Assembly: GCA_946965045.2 (NCBI GenBank) | Contig: OX337230.1 | Span: forward strand, 4,305,364-4,369,363 | Direction of reading: 5' to 3' | Source of the DNA: Epithemia pelagica | Lineage: Eukaryota > Protista > Bacillariophyta | Length of the DNA: 64,000 nucleotides | In this document: positions 12,090 through 24,200 of the stretch, one piece after another | How positions within the stretch are numbered: the stretch's first letter is position 1 | Layout: each line of letters begins with the position of its first letter | Made by a program: the position numbers and the translations under genes | Notes under the pieces: generated by a model | What the model was told of the DNA's origin: nothing | Seen by the model: the letters and a program-made list of their open reading frames with translations, nothing else | Database searches by the model: none

Positions 12090-14585
12090 CTACCCAAATG
12101 ATTCTTGATGAAAGTCAAATCGAACTTTGCGATCCGAAAGCTCAATACATGCCTTGCGACATAGGTACATGATTCTCTTGGGTCCACAAACACAAACCGC
12201 AACTCGCTTTTCGCCTTGTTCAATGGCCTCTTGTCTCATTTGCGCAAACAAGGCCGCAATGTCGGGTCGGCCAAACTTGAGACCTGATATATTGTGCAGA
12301 GTTGGCGCGTCCCTGGACTTGGTGAGATAGATATCAATATCGACCACATCGCCTGCTCTGGTCAGGTTTGGTTCTTGAGTTGACCCTGCTTCCTTTTCTA
12401 GATCGACCTCTTTGGTCAGCGCTTCCATGTGTTCATCTTGGTCTTGTTGGTTACTCATGTCAGAGACACTGTCATCCGTTGCAACTCCATCCTGCAACTC
12501 TTGCTTCCTCCTGGTTGCATCGTCTCGATCCTCTTCTACAAATGGACCAGATCGAGAAGAATCAGTTCCAGTGCTCAGTGCGTCGGAACCCGGGTCAACC
12601 GTTCCGTCACTCTCCGATGGACTGGTAGTACTGGACAAGATAGAACTCAACATTCCAAGGAAGTGAAACATGCTTTCAAAACTGTCTTGTGCTGCTTCTT
12701 GTTTGGGGGGTTCTGGTACTGGAACCACGTTGTCCTCGTCATCGTTCTCCTCGGACCGGAGCAATGTCTCCTTGAACAGTAATATATCGCTGCTGTCGTA
12801 CAAGCCGTCGAGTTCCTCATCGGTTTCTTGACTGGGAGGGATCGTGGCCAGAATTCGAGAAGCCAACGAGGGGGCACACTCCAAGTCCTCCATACCAGTA
12901 GCACTGCCCGCCTTTTCCTCCCTCATTCTGTCCTCGTCGTCTTCGATGGTCATCATGCGCTTGCTTCCATGAAGACTGGCTGACAAGTCGGCCACTTGCG
13001 ACTGTACCATGAGTTCGGGATCTCGTTGAATCCACACAAACCTGAGCTTTTTCAATTGTCGGCGACCCTCCGTTTGTTCGTGAAGCAAATGAGACAGCAA
13101 GGATTGCAGTGGTGTTACTAAACGATCCAGGACACGGCAAAAGGGTTAGACAATCGGCGGGAATGGACAAAAATGACAACAGAGACGGTCTTGCAACGAC
13201 ACTTACGTCCGATCCCACCACTAAGAAGCATAAAGACTGCACAAAAGCCAGAGAAGAACTTGTTAGTTGTACAACTGTGCCGATCTTGGGCATGTTGCAT
13301 TCGGACAAACAAACGTACCCTTGTATCGTTCGGGACTCGTCACGTCAATGGCAAAGTTTCCATAGGGACCTTCCAGCAACATGTCCACGTGCGTCTTTTT
13401 CATGGCGAGTTGGTGCAAGGCCATGGTCCAATCCCCTGCGACTCGGACATGAATGGTAACGACCGATTCGTGTGGGGCACTGCTCAGAGAAAAGGGATGC
13501 CATTCCCAGGCCGACAATTCCGGAATGGCCAAATACACTATAGGTATCGCAGAGTATCCAAGAGATTCAATACAGATATGAGCTTTTTCGCTGTGGTAGT
13601 ATAGGAGGACACCACCAAGCAACCAACAACTACACGTGTCGTACGTACCGTATTGTCCTGGATTAAAGTCAAATCCGGCAACCTTGGGGAATTCCAATTG
13701 AACGACGGAATCACTCACAATGCGCAAGGTGACTTGTCGTGGATAACGGTATCGGGCCATGAATACTTTGCACAACAGTACATCCATTCCAAAGGTTCCC
13801 AAAACAAAGAGAGGAACCAGGTAGCCGGTATGAAACATGCTGGCCCCAAAAATTCCCACGAGCATGAGCAAATGAAGGAGATAAAAGACTTGAAAGACCA
13901 CTTTGCGAATCCAGGGCAAGGAGGTTACCATGAGGCCCACCACAAAGACCAACATCATGGTTCCGGATGTATTCATGGAATTGGATTGGAGCAATTCGTG
14001 TATAATGGAGGACGAGGATGAATGCTGTGGTGAGTGGTAGTTGACTTGAAAGTGGGCCCAGGTATGAAGGAGCCCGGTAAGGACGGCAAGATAGCCCGCC
14101 AGTTTGTGATAGGGCATGGCTCGATCAAAGGGCAAACCAAGGAGGAGGGTCAGGTACGAGTTTTTTTGGGCCAACAACAAGGCGGCAAAGACAAAGGCGC
14201 GCGAAATTTGACCGGTAATGGACACACTGGGATTCCACCAGGTATAGTAGACTGCCATGGCCAGGAGGACCGCAAAGGGAAGGGCCAAGAGGACTTGGCC
14301 ATAGGTCAAGTAGATGCGAAAATAATACAAGAGGGGATTGTGCCGAATGCGTTTGAGCAAGGGATAGGAAAGAGTCCATCGCCAGCTATACCACTTGTGA
14401 ATCAAACCGTCGGCATTCGTCAGACAAGAAGGGAAACAATCGCGCAAGACAAAGTAGAGAGGAAGAAACTCCAGAGCAGGATGCGAATCGTTTGGATGTG
14501 GGTCGATGACTTGCTGTCTTGGTGTTGTTTCTTCCACCGCTTCCGTAACAAGATCGTTGTTTGGCAAATACGGCATGTCTGGCAT
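12090..14585 (-). CDS. Ferric reductase/NADPH oxidase-like flavocytochrome, copy 2 (multi-exon)
   Basis: Two His pairs (YHKLAGYLAVLTGLLH; LHLLMLVGIFGASMFH), FAD motif HPFSLSSAP, GPYG, SGGIG, VCGPK, C-terminal HQESFG. GTACGT/GTAAGT introns. Exon boundaries approximate. Confidence 0.85.
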
Positions 14586-15420
14586 TTTCGAATCCGATTC
14601 GTTGAGTGTGTGTGTCAATCGCAATACAACAAGGAGATTTAGTTTGGCTTGCTGTCAATGTTGTGAGCAGAGTGAAATTGTGTCCAGAGTAGTCGCGGTC
14701 CCTTTTTCTTCACGAAAGCCTTAACGACTCTTTGCAAGTGTTCCCATTATGCTCACCTGATATGTTCGTCGTCGTTCAGTGATTGGTAGTTGCACCACCA
14801 GCAGCATCCATCCATGCTCCTGGAATGCGCACCAAAAGAGCGAAGTAGCCAGTGAGGATGGACAAGGAAAGGTGGGTTTGGGTGTTTGGGTGGGTCTTGC
14901 TGGATAGTTTCTTGAAACGTCTCCGTCTGCTCTTGCGTAGAGGTGCGAGGCACAACAAACTTTGTGAGGAATCTGACGTGTATCCACATCTTGTTTTTCA
15001 AAGAGGAGGGGCACAAGAAGTCTCGATTCCTTTGTCTTTCGCTCTATTGCCTCATTTCTCATTTCGGATGCAATGTCCCAAACAAGTACACAAGACGCAA
15101 AAAGTGTTTGGTCGGAGAGTCATTCGAGCGAGGCACCTTCAGCCTTTCTTCAAGTTGTCGACGCAAGACGAAAACGCGAGACGCCAAAAGACCCTGGCAA
15201 AACTTTTGTGCCAGTGTCACTCTCCGCCATTTCGTGAGAGCTTTTGGACAGTCTCGCCTCGCGCGCATAGGGTCGCGTTTCAACAGAGGATTACATTCGG
15301 GTTTGAATCAGTCGTGGTTGTTGCCGTCACCATGGACCATGGAGATACACAAACAATATAGAACACTGATCCATACCTTACGATTGACCACATTCTTCTC
15401 GGCGCTACAGCTACAACATC

Positions 15421-16896
15421 ATGCCCAAAGCAGAAAAGGGCTCCGTGAAGGACATTGCAAAACGCATCAAGGCTAAGGGCTTGCAAAAGCTCAAGTTTTA
15501 TTGTCAAATTTGCGAAAAGCAGTGTCGCGATGCCAACGGCTTCAAATGCCACATTCAATCCGACTCTCATTTGCGTCAAATGAAACTCTTTTCGGAAAAT
15601 GCGTCCGGTCGGATGGATCAATATTCTCGAGAATTTGAAAAAGTCTTTTTGGATACACTCCGCATGTTGCATGGGACGGCGCAGGTCAATGCCAATCAAG
15701 TCTACCAACAAGTCATTCGCGACAAGCAACACATTCACATGAATGCCACCATTTGGGCGACACTCAAGGATTTTTGTCAATATTTGGGCAAGACGGGCAA
15801 ATGTCGTGTCGAAGAAACGGAACGAGGATGGTACATTACCTACATTAATCGCAATGTCGAATCGCTGTTGCGACAACAACAAGCGCAAGAACGACAGGAG
15901 GCCGCCTTGCAAGCCGAAGCGCAGTATCAAAAACAATTGGACGAACGCAAACGTCAAGAAGCGTCCATGGCACTGGAAAAGGCGGGTGTTTTGCAACAAC
16001 AACCAACCACCAACATGGCCGAACGAGCGCACCATGAAACGATTCACATTCACAAGGACAAGATAGTATTAGCAGGAGCACAATCCAATAAGAAAGCAAC
16101 GACGAAACCGGCCGTGATCCAAAATGTGTTGGATACGGGAAGTGACGATGACGACGAGGAAGAACGTGCCATGGAGAAGGAGGAGGAGCTGGAGTATGCA
16201 GCTGAGGCCAAGGATTTGTCGACAAACAAAAGGCTCCTGACACCAAAGGAGACGGCGACGACAACGACGAGTAGTAGCAGTCGAAAACGGCCACGACACA
16301 GCAGTGCAACAGCACCAGAGAAAGGCTTCGAGCCGAAGGATCAACCAGCACAACGTGAGACACACCACCAACACGAACCACAACAAGAACCATCGGCACG
16401 ACGACAAAGGGGTCCATCGGTCTGGTTGTATCGAGACATTGTGGTACGCATCATTGACCAAACCTACCGTGGTGGACGCTACTTTCGGCGCAAAGCCTAT
16501 GTCGATCGTGTCATTTTACCAGACGACAACAACAACAAGGACTCTTCCGAGTATCATCAGCAGCAGCAACCACTCGCTGAACTCACACTTCTGCGCGATT
16601 CCAATCATGACGATGATGAGAAGGATGACGCAATCGTGTTGCGGCTGGCCCAGGATTGTTTGGAAACGGTCGTTCCCAAACAGGCCGACACACTGACGAC
16701 GACCAGCAGCAATAGCAGCAGCAAGAACAAGCACAAACAAAGCAAGAGTCGGGTTCGAATCTTGGTCGGACCCTACCGTGGCAAAAAGGCTGTGGTGGTG
16801 GCCTTGAACAAACCAAACTATCAAGGACGACTGCAATTGGACAATGGCACTATATTGGAGTCAATGCCCTTTGAACATTTTGCCTTGCTGGCTTAA
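15421..16896 (+). CDS. KIN17: KIN17 DNA/RNA-binding protein, copy A
   Basis: N-terminus MPKAEKGSVKDIAKRIKAKGLQKLKFYCQICEKQCRDANGFKCH, HMNATIWATL winged-helix segment, C-terminal LETVVP and GPYRGKKA KOW/SH3-like segments. Confidence 0.93.
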   Translation: MPKAEKGSVKDIAKRIKAKGLQKLKFYCQICEKQCRDANGFKCHIQSDSHLRQMKLFSENASGRMDQYSREFEKVFLDTLRMLHGTAQVNANQVYQQVIRDKQHIHMNATIWATLKDFCQYLGKTGKCRVEETERGWYITYINRNVESLLRQQQAQERQEAALQAEAQYQKQLDERKRQEASMALEKAGVLQQQPTTNMAERAHHETIHIHKDKIVLAGAQSNKKATTKPAVIQNVLDTGSDDDDEEERAMEKEEELEYAAEAKDLSTNKRLLTPKETATTTTSSSSRKRPRHSSATAPEKGFEPKDQPAQRETHHQHEPQQEPSARRQRGPSVWLYRDIVVRIIDQTYRGGRYFRRKAYVDRVILPDDNNNKDSSEYHQQQQPLAELTLLRDSNHDDDEKDDAIVLRLAQDCLETVVPKQADTLTTTSSNSSSKNKHKQSKSRVRILVGPYRGKKAVVVALNKPNYQGRLQLDNGTILESMPFEHFALLA

Positions 16897-17212
16897 TAAG
16901 GAGCTATCCTACCGTATTGCTACTACCGAATCCCTTTCTCGGTGCATCTGTAATACAGGAGAACCGCATTTGACGGGGACTAACAGGCGCTCAATGCCAG
17001 CAGCACCTCGTGACTCCTGAATGCCCCCTTGCTGCTGGGCGCTCCATGATCCAGAGACACGCTTCGTAGACAAATAGGCATGCTGTGAGATATTCTTCCG
17101 CAATCATCATCATTACTAATGAACTTCTTGAAGGATATAAGGACATTATGTACATTCACCACAAGACTCGGTAACACAGGTAGAGTCTCCATTGCTCATT
17201 TCTAGGGCTCTA

Positions 17213-17942
17213 TTATTTGGCACTGGCAGCCAGTGTTCTCCAGCGGTGTACCTGTAGTGGTTGGCCCACGGCATTGGATTCCACAATTCGTCCGGTACGA
17301 CCGTCTAAGACGACCAGCCGTGGAATGCCCGTGACACGAATGGCTCAGCCGTGGAATGCCCGTGACACGAATGGCTCCCATGAGTCCTCTTCGGGCATCT
17401 TCTTCATAGTCGACAGCCAACCAGGGCATGGATGAAGTGTAATACTGTCGAAACCCAGCCTCATTGTGATCGGCCGATAAAGAGACAATTTCGACAGCCG
17501 ACCAATTGTCTTGATTGGACGACGATGATGATACGAGCGACTTGTACCATTGGGCCAATTGCGGGGTAAAATTGCGACAGGGACCACACCAACTGGCACT
17601 AGCATACAAGAGGACAAATTCTTTACCACCCAAGGCATCTTCCAAGGATATCGTCGTCGTCTGGTCTGTTCCTTGTTCTCCCCGTTTCAACAAGCTTTGG
17701 TGTTCCAGAGACTGAAACCACCGTTTCATTCCATCTGACAGCCCAAACGGGACAATGATTTGGGATGGAGGAGAAAAAAAGTGTCTGGAGGAATTGGTGC
17801 TTTCATCATCCTTGTTGTTGTCACTGGTGGAGGCCGGTCGGACACGAAATTGATAGCCAGTGGACGAAGTGAGGTTCTTTTTGCGCACTTGCCGACCGGC
17901 AAAGGAGGAAGCCACGGTTTTCCATTCACTGCCACCGACATT
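17213..17942 (-). pseudogene. 5'-truncated copy of the FN3-nucleoredoxin gene
   Basis: Matches the 3' part of 38425-39558 and is cut at the duplication junction (17940). A 31-bp tandem duplication (17315-17345/17346-17376) frameshifts the C-terminus. Confidence 0.88.
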
Positions 17943-18073
17943 GTGTCAGGATCTCAAAAACGAAACGGCGGTCAGTCTGGGAGCAATCATGTTCCAATCG
18001 ATCGATCCGCAATCAACGACAATGTAGCGTATTGTCGCGGATATTCAAGATAGAGCCGGTCGTCGTCGCAGTC

Positions 18074-18410
18074 AAAAAAAAATTAAACCATAATAATTTT
18101 TGTTCATTGTGCAAAATTGATTTTATTTGAATAAAAATGAAATAAAAATAATAAACAAAATTCCAAAAAAAGAAAAATGATACTACCCAAATGATTCTTG
18201 ATGAAAGTCAAATCGAACTTTGCGATCCGAAAGCTCAATACATGCCTTGCGACATAGGAACATGATTCTCTTGGGTAAAAAATAATAAACAAAATTCCAA
18301 AAAAAGAAAAATGATACTACCCAAATGATTCTTGATGAAAGTCAAATCGAACTTTGCGATCCGAAAGCTCAATACATGCCTTGCGACATAGGAACATGAT
18401 TCTCTTGGGT
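18074..18410. repeat. Very AT-rich ~105-bp insertion plus 134-bp tandem duplication at the FRE3 stop codon
   Basis: 18074-18180 is absent from the unit A counterpart (12081-12090). 18144-18276 is repeated at 18278-18410, offset 134. Confidence 0.85.
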
Positions 18411-20823
18411 CCACAAACACAAACCGCAACTCGCTTTTCGCCTTGTTCGATGGCCTCTTGTCTCATTTGCGCAAACAAGGCCGCAATGTCGGGTCGGCCA
18501 AACTTGAGACCTGATATATTGTGCAGAGTTGGCGCGTCTCTGGACTCGGTGAGATAGATATCAATATCGACCACATCGCCTGCTCTGGTCAGGTTTGGTT
18601 CTTGAGTTGACCCTGCTTCCTTTTCTAGATCCACCTCTTTGGTCAGCGCTTCCATGTGTTCATCTTGGTCTTGCTGGTTACTCATGTCAGAGACACTGTC
18701 ATCCGTTGCAACTCCATCCTGCAACTCTTGGCTCCTCGTGTTTGCATCGTCACGCTCCTCGTCTACAAATGGACCAGCTCGAGAGGCATCATCTCCAGTG
18801 CTCAGTGCGTCGGAAGCCGGGCCAACCGTTCCGTCACTCCCCGACGTACTAGCAGTACTGGACAAGATAGAACTCAACATTCCAGGGAAGTGAAACATGC
18901 TTTCGATACTATCTTGTGCTGCTGCATCTTGTTTGGGGGAGTAGGATTCTGGTACTGGAACAACATTGTCCTCCTCCTCGTTCTCCTCGGACCGGAGCAA
19001 GGTCTTTTTGAACATTAAGATATCGCTGCTCTCGTACAAGCCGTCCAGTTCCTCGTCGGTTTCTTGACTGGGAGGAACTGTGGCCAGAATTCGAGAAGCC
19101 AACGAGGGGGCACACTCGGAGTCCTCCATACTAGCAGTACTGCACGCCTCCTCGTCCATCATTCGCTCCTCGTCGTCTTCGATGGTCATCATGCGCTTGC
19201 TTCCATGAAGATTGGCCGACAAGTCGGCCACTTGCGACTGGACCATGAGTTCGGGATCTCGTTGAATCCATACAAACTTGAGCTTTTTCAATTGTCGGCG
19301 ACCCTCTGTTTGTTCGTGAAGCAAATGAGACAGCAAGGATTGCAGTGGTGTTACTAAACGATCCACAGGACACGGCAAAAGGGTTAGACAATCGGCGGGA
19401 ATGGACAAGAATGACAACAAAGATGGTCTTGCAATGACACTTACGTCCGATCCCACCACTAAGAAGCATAAAGACTGCACAAAAGCCAGAGAAGAACTTG
19501 TGAGTTGTACAACTGTGCCGATCTTGGGCATGTTGCATTCGGACAAACAAACGTACCCTTGTATCGTTCGGGACTCGTCACGTCAATGGCAAAGTTTCCA
19601 TAGGGTCCTTCCAGCAACATGTCAACTTGCGTCTTTTTCATGGCGAGCTTGTGCAAGGCCATGGTCCAATCCCCTGCGACTCGGACATGAATGGTAACGA
19701 CCGATTCGTGTGGGGCACTGCTCAGAGAAAAGGGATGCCATTCCCAGGCCGACAATTCCGGAATGGCCAAATACACTATAGGTATCGCAGAGCATTCAAG
19801 AGATTCAATACAAATGAGCTTTCTGGCTGTGGTATAGGAGGACACCAACAAACAAGCAACCAACACACAGGTATCGTACGTACCGTATTGTCCTGGATTA
19901 AAGTCAAATCCGGCAACCTTGGGGAATTCCAATTGGACCACCGAATCACTCACAATGCGCAAGGTGACTTGTCGTGGATAACGGTATCGGGCCATGAAGA
20001 GTTTTCGCAGGAGCATATCCATACCAAATGTACAAAAGACAAATAAGGGAACCACATAACCGGTATGGAACAGACTGGCAACCACAATACCCACGAGCAT
20101 GAGCAAATGAAGGAGATAAAAGACTTGAAAGACCACTTTGCGAATCCAGGGCAAGGAGGTGACCATGAGGCCCACCACAACGACCAACATCATGGTGCCG
20201 GATGTATTCATGGAATTGGATTGGAGCAATTCGTGTATAATGGAGGAGGAGGAAGATGAATGCTGTGGTGAGTGGTAGTTGACTTGAAAGTGGGCCCAGG
20301 TATGAAGGAGACCGGTAAGGACGGCGAGATAACCCGCCAGTTTGTGATAGGGGATGGCTCGATAAAAGGGCAAACCAAGGAGGAGGGTCAGGTACGAGTT
20401 TTTTTGGGCCAACAACAAGGCGGCAAAGACAAAGGCGCGCGAAATTTGACCGGTAATGGACACACTGGGATTCCACCAGGTATAGTAGACTGCCATTGCC
20501 AGGAGGACCGCAAAGGGGAGGGCCAATAGGACTTGGCCATAGGTCAAGTAGATGCGAAAATAATACAAGAGGGGATTGTGTCGAATGCGTTTGAGCAAGG
20601 GATAGGAAAGAGTCCATCGCCAGCTATACCACTTGTGAATCCAACCGTCGGCATTCGTCAGACAAGAAGGGAAACAATCGTGCAAGACAAAGTAGAGAGG
20701 AAGAAACTCCAAAGCAGGATGGGAATCGTTTGGATGTGGGTCGATGACTTGCTGTCTTGGTGTTGTTTCTTCCACCGTTTCCGTAACAGGATCGTTGGTT
20801 GGCAAGCACGGCATGGCTGGCAT
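18317..20823 (-). CDS. Ferric reductase/NADPH oxidase-like flavocytochrome, copy 3 (multi-exon)
   Basis: Same motifs and intron positions as copy 2; all four putative heme His retained; ends FDFHQESFG. Confidence 0.85.
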
Positions 20824-20848
20824 TTTCGAATCCGATTCGTTGAATGTG

Positions 20849-21206
20849 TGTTTCTGTTAAATCCAGCGTCGTCTCCGTATGGATGGGCTAAAAGAGCTAA
20901 ATAAAAGGAGAAAAGAGTATTATAACGCTACGCTGACGGTGTCCCTTGACCCTTGACGATGAGTTGGTGAGTTGGTAGGGTACGTGGTCAGGCGGAAAGT
21001 GCCCTTTGATGACGTGTGCCTCCGGAGAATGTCCCCGAAGCACCGGGTGACCCAATATCTTCACATATTATAGCGTTACGTTGACGGTGTTCCTTGACGA
21101 TGAGTTGGTGAGTTGGTAGGGTACGTGGTCAGGCGGAATGTGTTCTTTGATGACGTGTGCGTCCGGGGAATGTCCCCGAAGCACCGGGTGACCCAATATC
21201 TTCACA
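20849..21206 (-). repeat. 3' LTR of the outer Copia with an internal ~140-bp tandem duplication
   Basis: TATTATA(A/G)CG...CCCAATATCTTCACA occurs twice (~20919-21066 and 21067-21206). Left boundary ambiguous (20849 or 20855). Confidence 0.8.
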
Positions 21207-21243
21207 CTCCCTCTCACTTTTCGTCCCTGGTGCTCTTTGCTGA

Positions 21244-24200
21244 TCACCAACCGAGGACCCGTTTGCGTAGCCGCCTTAGCACATCCACTGCAAGTGGTTT
21301 GGTGAGATAGTCCGCCAATTGGTTTGTTGTGTCTACCGCATGTATGGATATCTTCCCTTCTTCCACGTAGGATCGGAAGTGGTGCAACTTGACATTGAGA
21401 TGTTTGGTGCGTGGTCTGAATTTGTATACTCGCGCCATCTCCAATGCCCCGCTGTTGTCTTCGAATACCTTGCAATGCACTTCCGCCTTGGTGGTGTGGA
21501 TTTGGATTTGTTGCTCCTTCATTTCTTCTAGGAGTCGCATGAGTGGTATTGCGGCTCTGAGGGCGTACGATAGCCCCGTGTACTCGCTCTCCGTCGAACT
21601 CAGTGCGATTTCTGTCTGGAGTTGTGATTTCCATATGACGGGGCAGCCCATATAACGGATTATGTAGCCGTGTCGCGAGCGCGCTGTGTCCCTATCTGTG
21701 CTCGCCGTCTCCTTGTTCCAGTTGCCCGCGAAGTCAGCGTCGACGTACACTTCCAGTCCCAGTGCTGGGTTGGGGTGGAATGTCATTCCCTGCTCTCGAG
21801 TCCCTTTCAGGTATCTCGCTATCCATCGTACTGCCTCGCCGTGTGGTTTGCGTGGGTTTGACGCAAAGTGAGCACATTGATGTGTCGCGTATGAGATATC
21901 GCTCCTGGCACCTGCTTCCAGATAGTTCAACATCCCCACTATTGAGCGGTAACTGAATGACTCGTCGAAAGCCGGCTCGTCGAGGTGGCGATGCAAGATC
22001 TTTGACGACGCCATGGGATTGTCTTTCGTGGTTGTGTTGTCCTTGAAGTGAAGGGCCTGCAGTATCTCTTGGATAAGATGCGGCTGTGCGAATGTGATTC
22101 GTCCATCAGCATGTTTGGTGGTGTTTACGCCGAGGAAATCCTTTATGTTGCCTTCCACAGTGATGTTGAGCTTTGCCGCTTTGAGGTCGGCGATTACTTG
22201 GTCAATGTCCTGTTGGTTCGGCCCACAGAGGATGCTGTCGTCGTTGTACAGTACGTACACCACTGAACCACGGTAGAAAAAACATTCGTATATGGATGAC
22301 TTGGTGAAGCCCACATCCTGTACCAATCTCCTCGATAGGTGTTGGTACCATACTCTCCCGGCCTGTTTTTGGCCATACAAGTTGGCGTGGAGCTGTAGGG
22401 CGTAGTCCGTTTTGGATTTGCCTCCTTCCAGTTCATAGCCCCGGGGAATCTCCATATAGACCTCCCGTTCTACTGGCGCCTGTGGATATGCCAGTACGTA
22501 GTCTATTTGCGTCGTGTGCCAGTTGAAGGCCGACACCAGCGCTAGCACGAGGCGAATTGATGCCCAGTTGGCCACGGGTGCATACGTTTGGTCGTAATCA
22601 CGCCCTTTCTCCATACGTGAGCCGTCGAAGTTCAGCCTTGCCTTGTGTGCTTTTATGTCTCGTGTGATGATGTCGCGTTTTCGTTTCATCTGCCACACTG
22701 CTTTGAAGATTTTGGTCCCTTTGGGGATCTTGCTTTGGTGCACAATCGAGAAGTTCCCATCCTCCATCTGTCGGTCCATTTCCTTTTGCATCCCCTGCAC
22801 GAACTGGGCGCTATCTTCCTGCGCCATCGCCTCGTGATGATACATCGTATCGGGGTCGGAAATTGCCGCTTTGAAGGCTATCGGGTTCAGCTTTGATTGT
22901 TGCTTGGTGGCTTTCTTTCGTTTCTTGCTCTCTTTTGCTCGCTTTTTCGCGGCCTCGTGCTTGATCATGGTCTTGTAGGCCAGTAGCCCGTCCTCGGCCA
23001 CCATGTCATCTTGAGGGCAGAGGGTGACGTAGGTGAATATTTCGCCTGGGATTGTTTCCTTGTCCTCTGTTTCAGCGCTCATCACCTCGATGAGTCGTTG
23101 TGTGGGCTTCCTGATCCTTCCGGATCGGGTGCGAATGGTTGGTGTCTGGGGAGGAGCACTCGCCTGTTCCCTCTGACTTTGCACTTCTCTCCTTTCCTGG
23201 CTAGTCGCTGGAGTCTGTTGTGCATTTTCAAGTTGTTCCATGGTTAGGTCTCCCTCTTGCGGCAGCGTCCCGTCCTGCAATTGGGTCATAATCCTTTCGT
23301 TGTGTTGTTGAGTGTTTGTTTCGCCCGTTCCCAGTTCCATTCCAGGTGCGGCTCCCTCTTGCCGCCGGCTTCTTTTTGCCGTTTTCCTTGGTTTGGGTTG
23401 CTGGTCCTTTTTCCCATTCGCCTTCCTGTCGCCGTCTTGAAAAACGTGCTGACTTGCCAGTTTGCTTCGACCTTTTCTTGTTTCATCGTATCGAAGCCCT
23501 TGTCGAACCGTACGTGAAACTGTGGGCTCACGTGTCCTGTGTGGCGATGCAACACTAGGGCCACGTTTGGGTTGTGGATTGGGGATTGGCCTAGGTAGAT
23601 GCCAATTCGTGCTCTCTCCTTCCATTTGTGGTGCGGTTTTCCGGACTGCAGCGCCTCACTCAACACGTACACTGGACAGCCGAATGGTTTCCAGTGTTTT
23701 CGATTGATGTTGACGGGCGTCTGTGCGAAAAGTTGGATTGGTGCTTGCTTCGATGAGTGCTGCATGTTCGGTGAGTTGTTGATGCAGAGGTTCGCTTGGC
23801 GCAGTGCGTACGGCCAAAGATGTGCCGAGATTGCCTCTGGCCAGCGCTTGTGTGCGTGCATCAGCATCGTCCGTGCCATTTCTTGTAGCTCCCGAATCCG
23901 CCGTTCCGCCTTTCCGTTGGCGTGGTGTGCTCCAACCGCTGCGAAGGTGAGTTCTTGTCCGTCCCTCTCGCAGCATTGGACCCATGCTTTCGCCTTGAAA
24001 ATTCCATTGTCTGCGTGGTACGCCTTGATCTTGACTCCACGGTTGAGTGCGTACCTCTCAAATGCCTTCTTGCCCTGGATCGTTTCGGCTGCTGTCGCTG
24101 TACGTTGCAGGTACACGAATTCGAGGGACGTTGCTTGGTCCACATAGACCGTTGCGTAGTTATACCTCTGTTTTGTGAGGAAGCCCGTCATTTGGGCGAT

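Larger units (their letters stand above)
11941..17942. repeat. Segmental tandem duplication, unit A (FRE2 + KIN17 + 3' part of nucleoredoxin)
   Basis: ATTGTGTCAGGATCTCAAAAACG starts at both 11941 and 17940. The sequence before 17940 matches the sequence before 39124. Gene order is the same in both units. Confidence 0.9.

Noticed and set aside
14721-15361. Short ORFs between FRE2 and KIN17, echoed at 35906-36553
   Set aside because: Frames and ends differ between the two duplicated copies and there are no motifs; probably divergent promoter or UTR.
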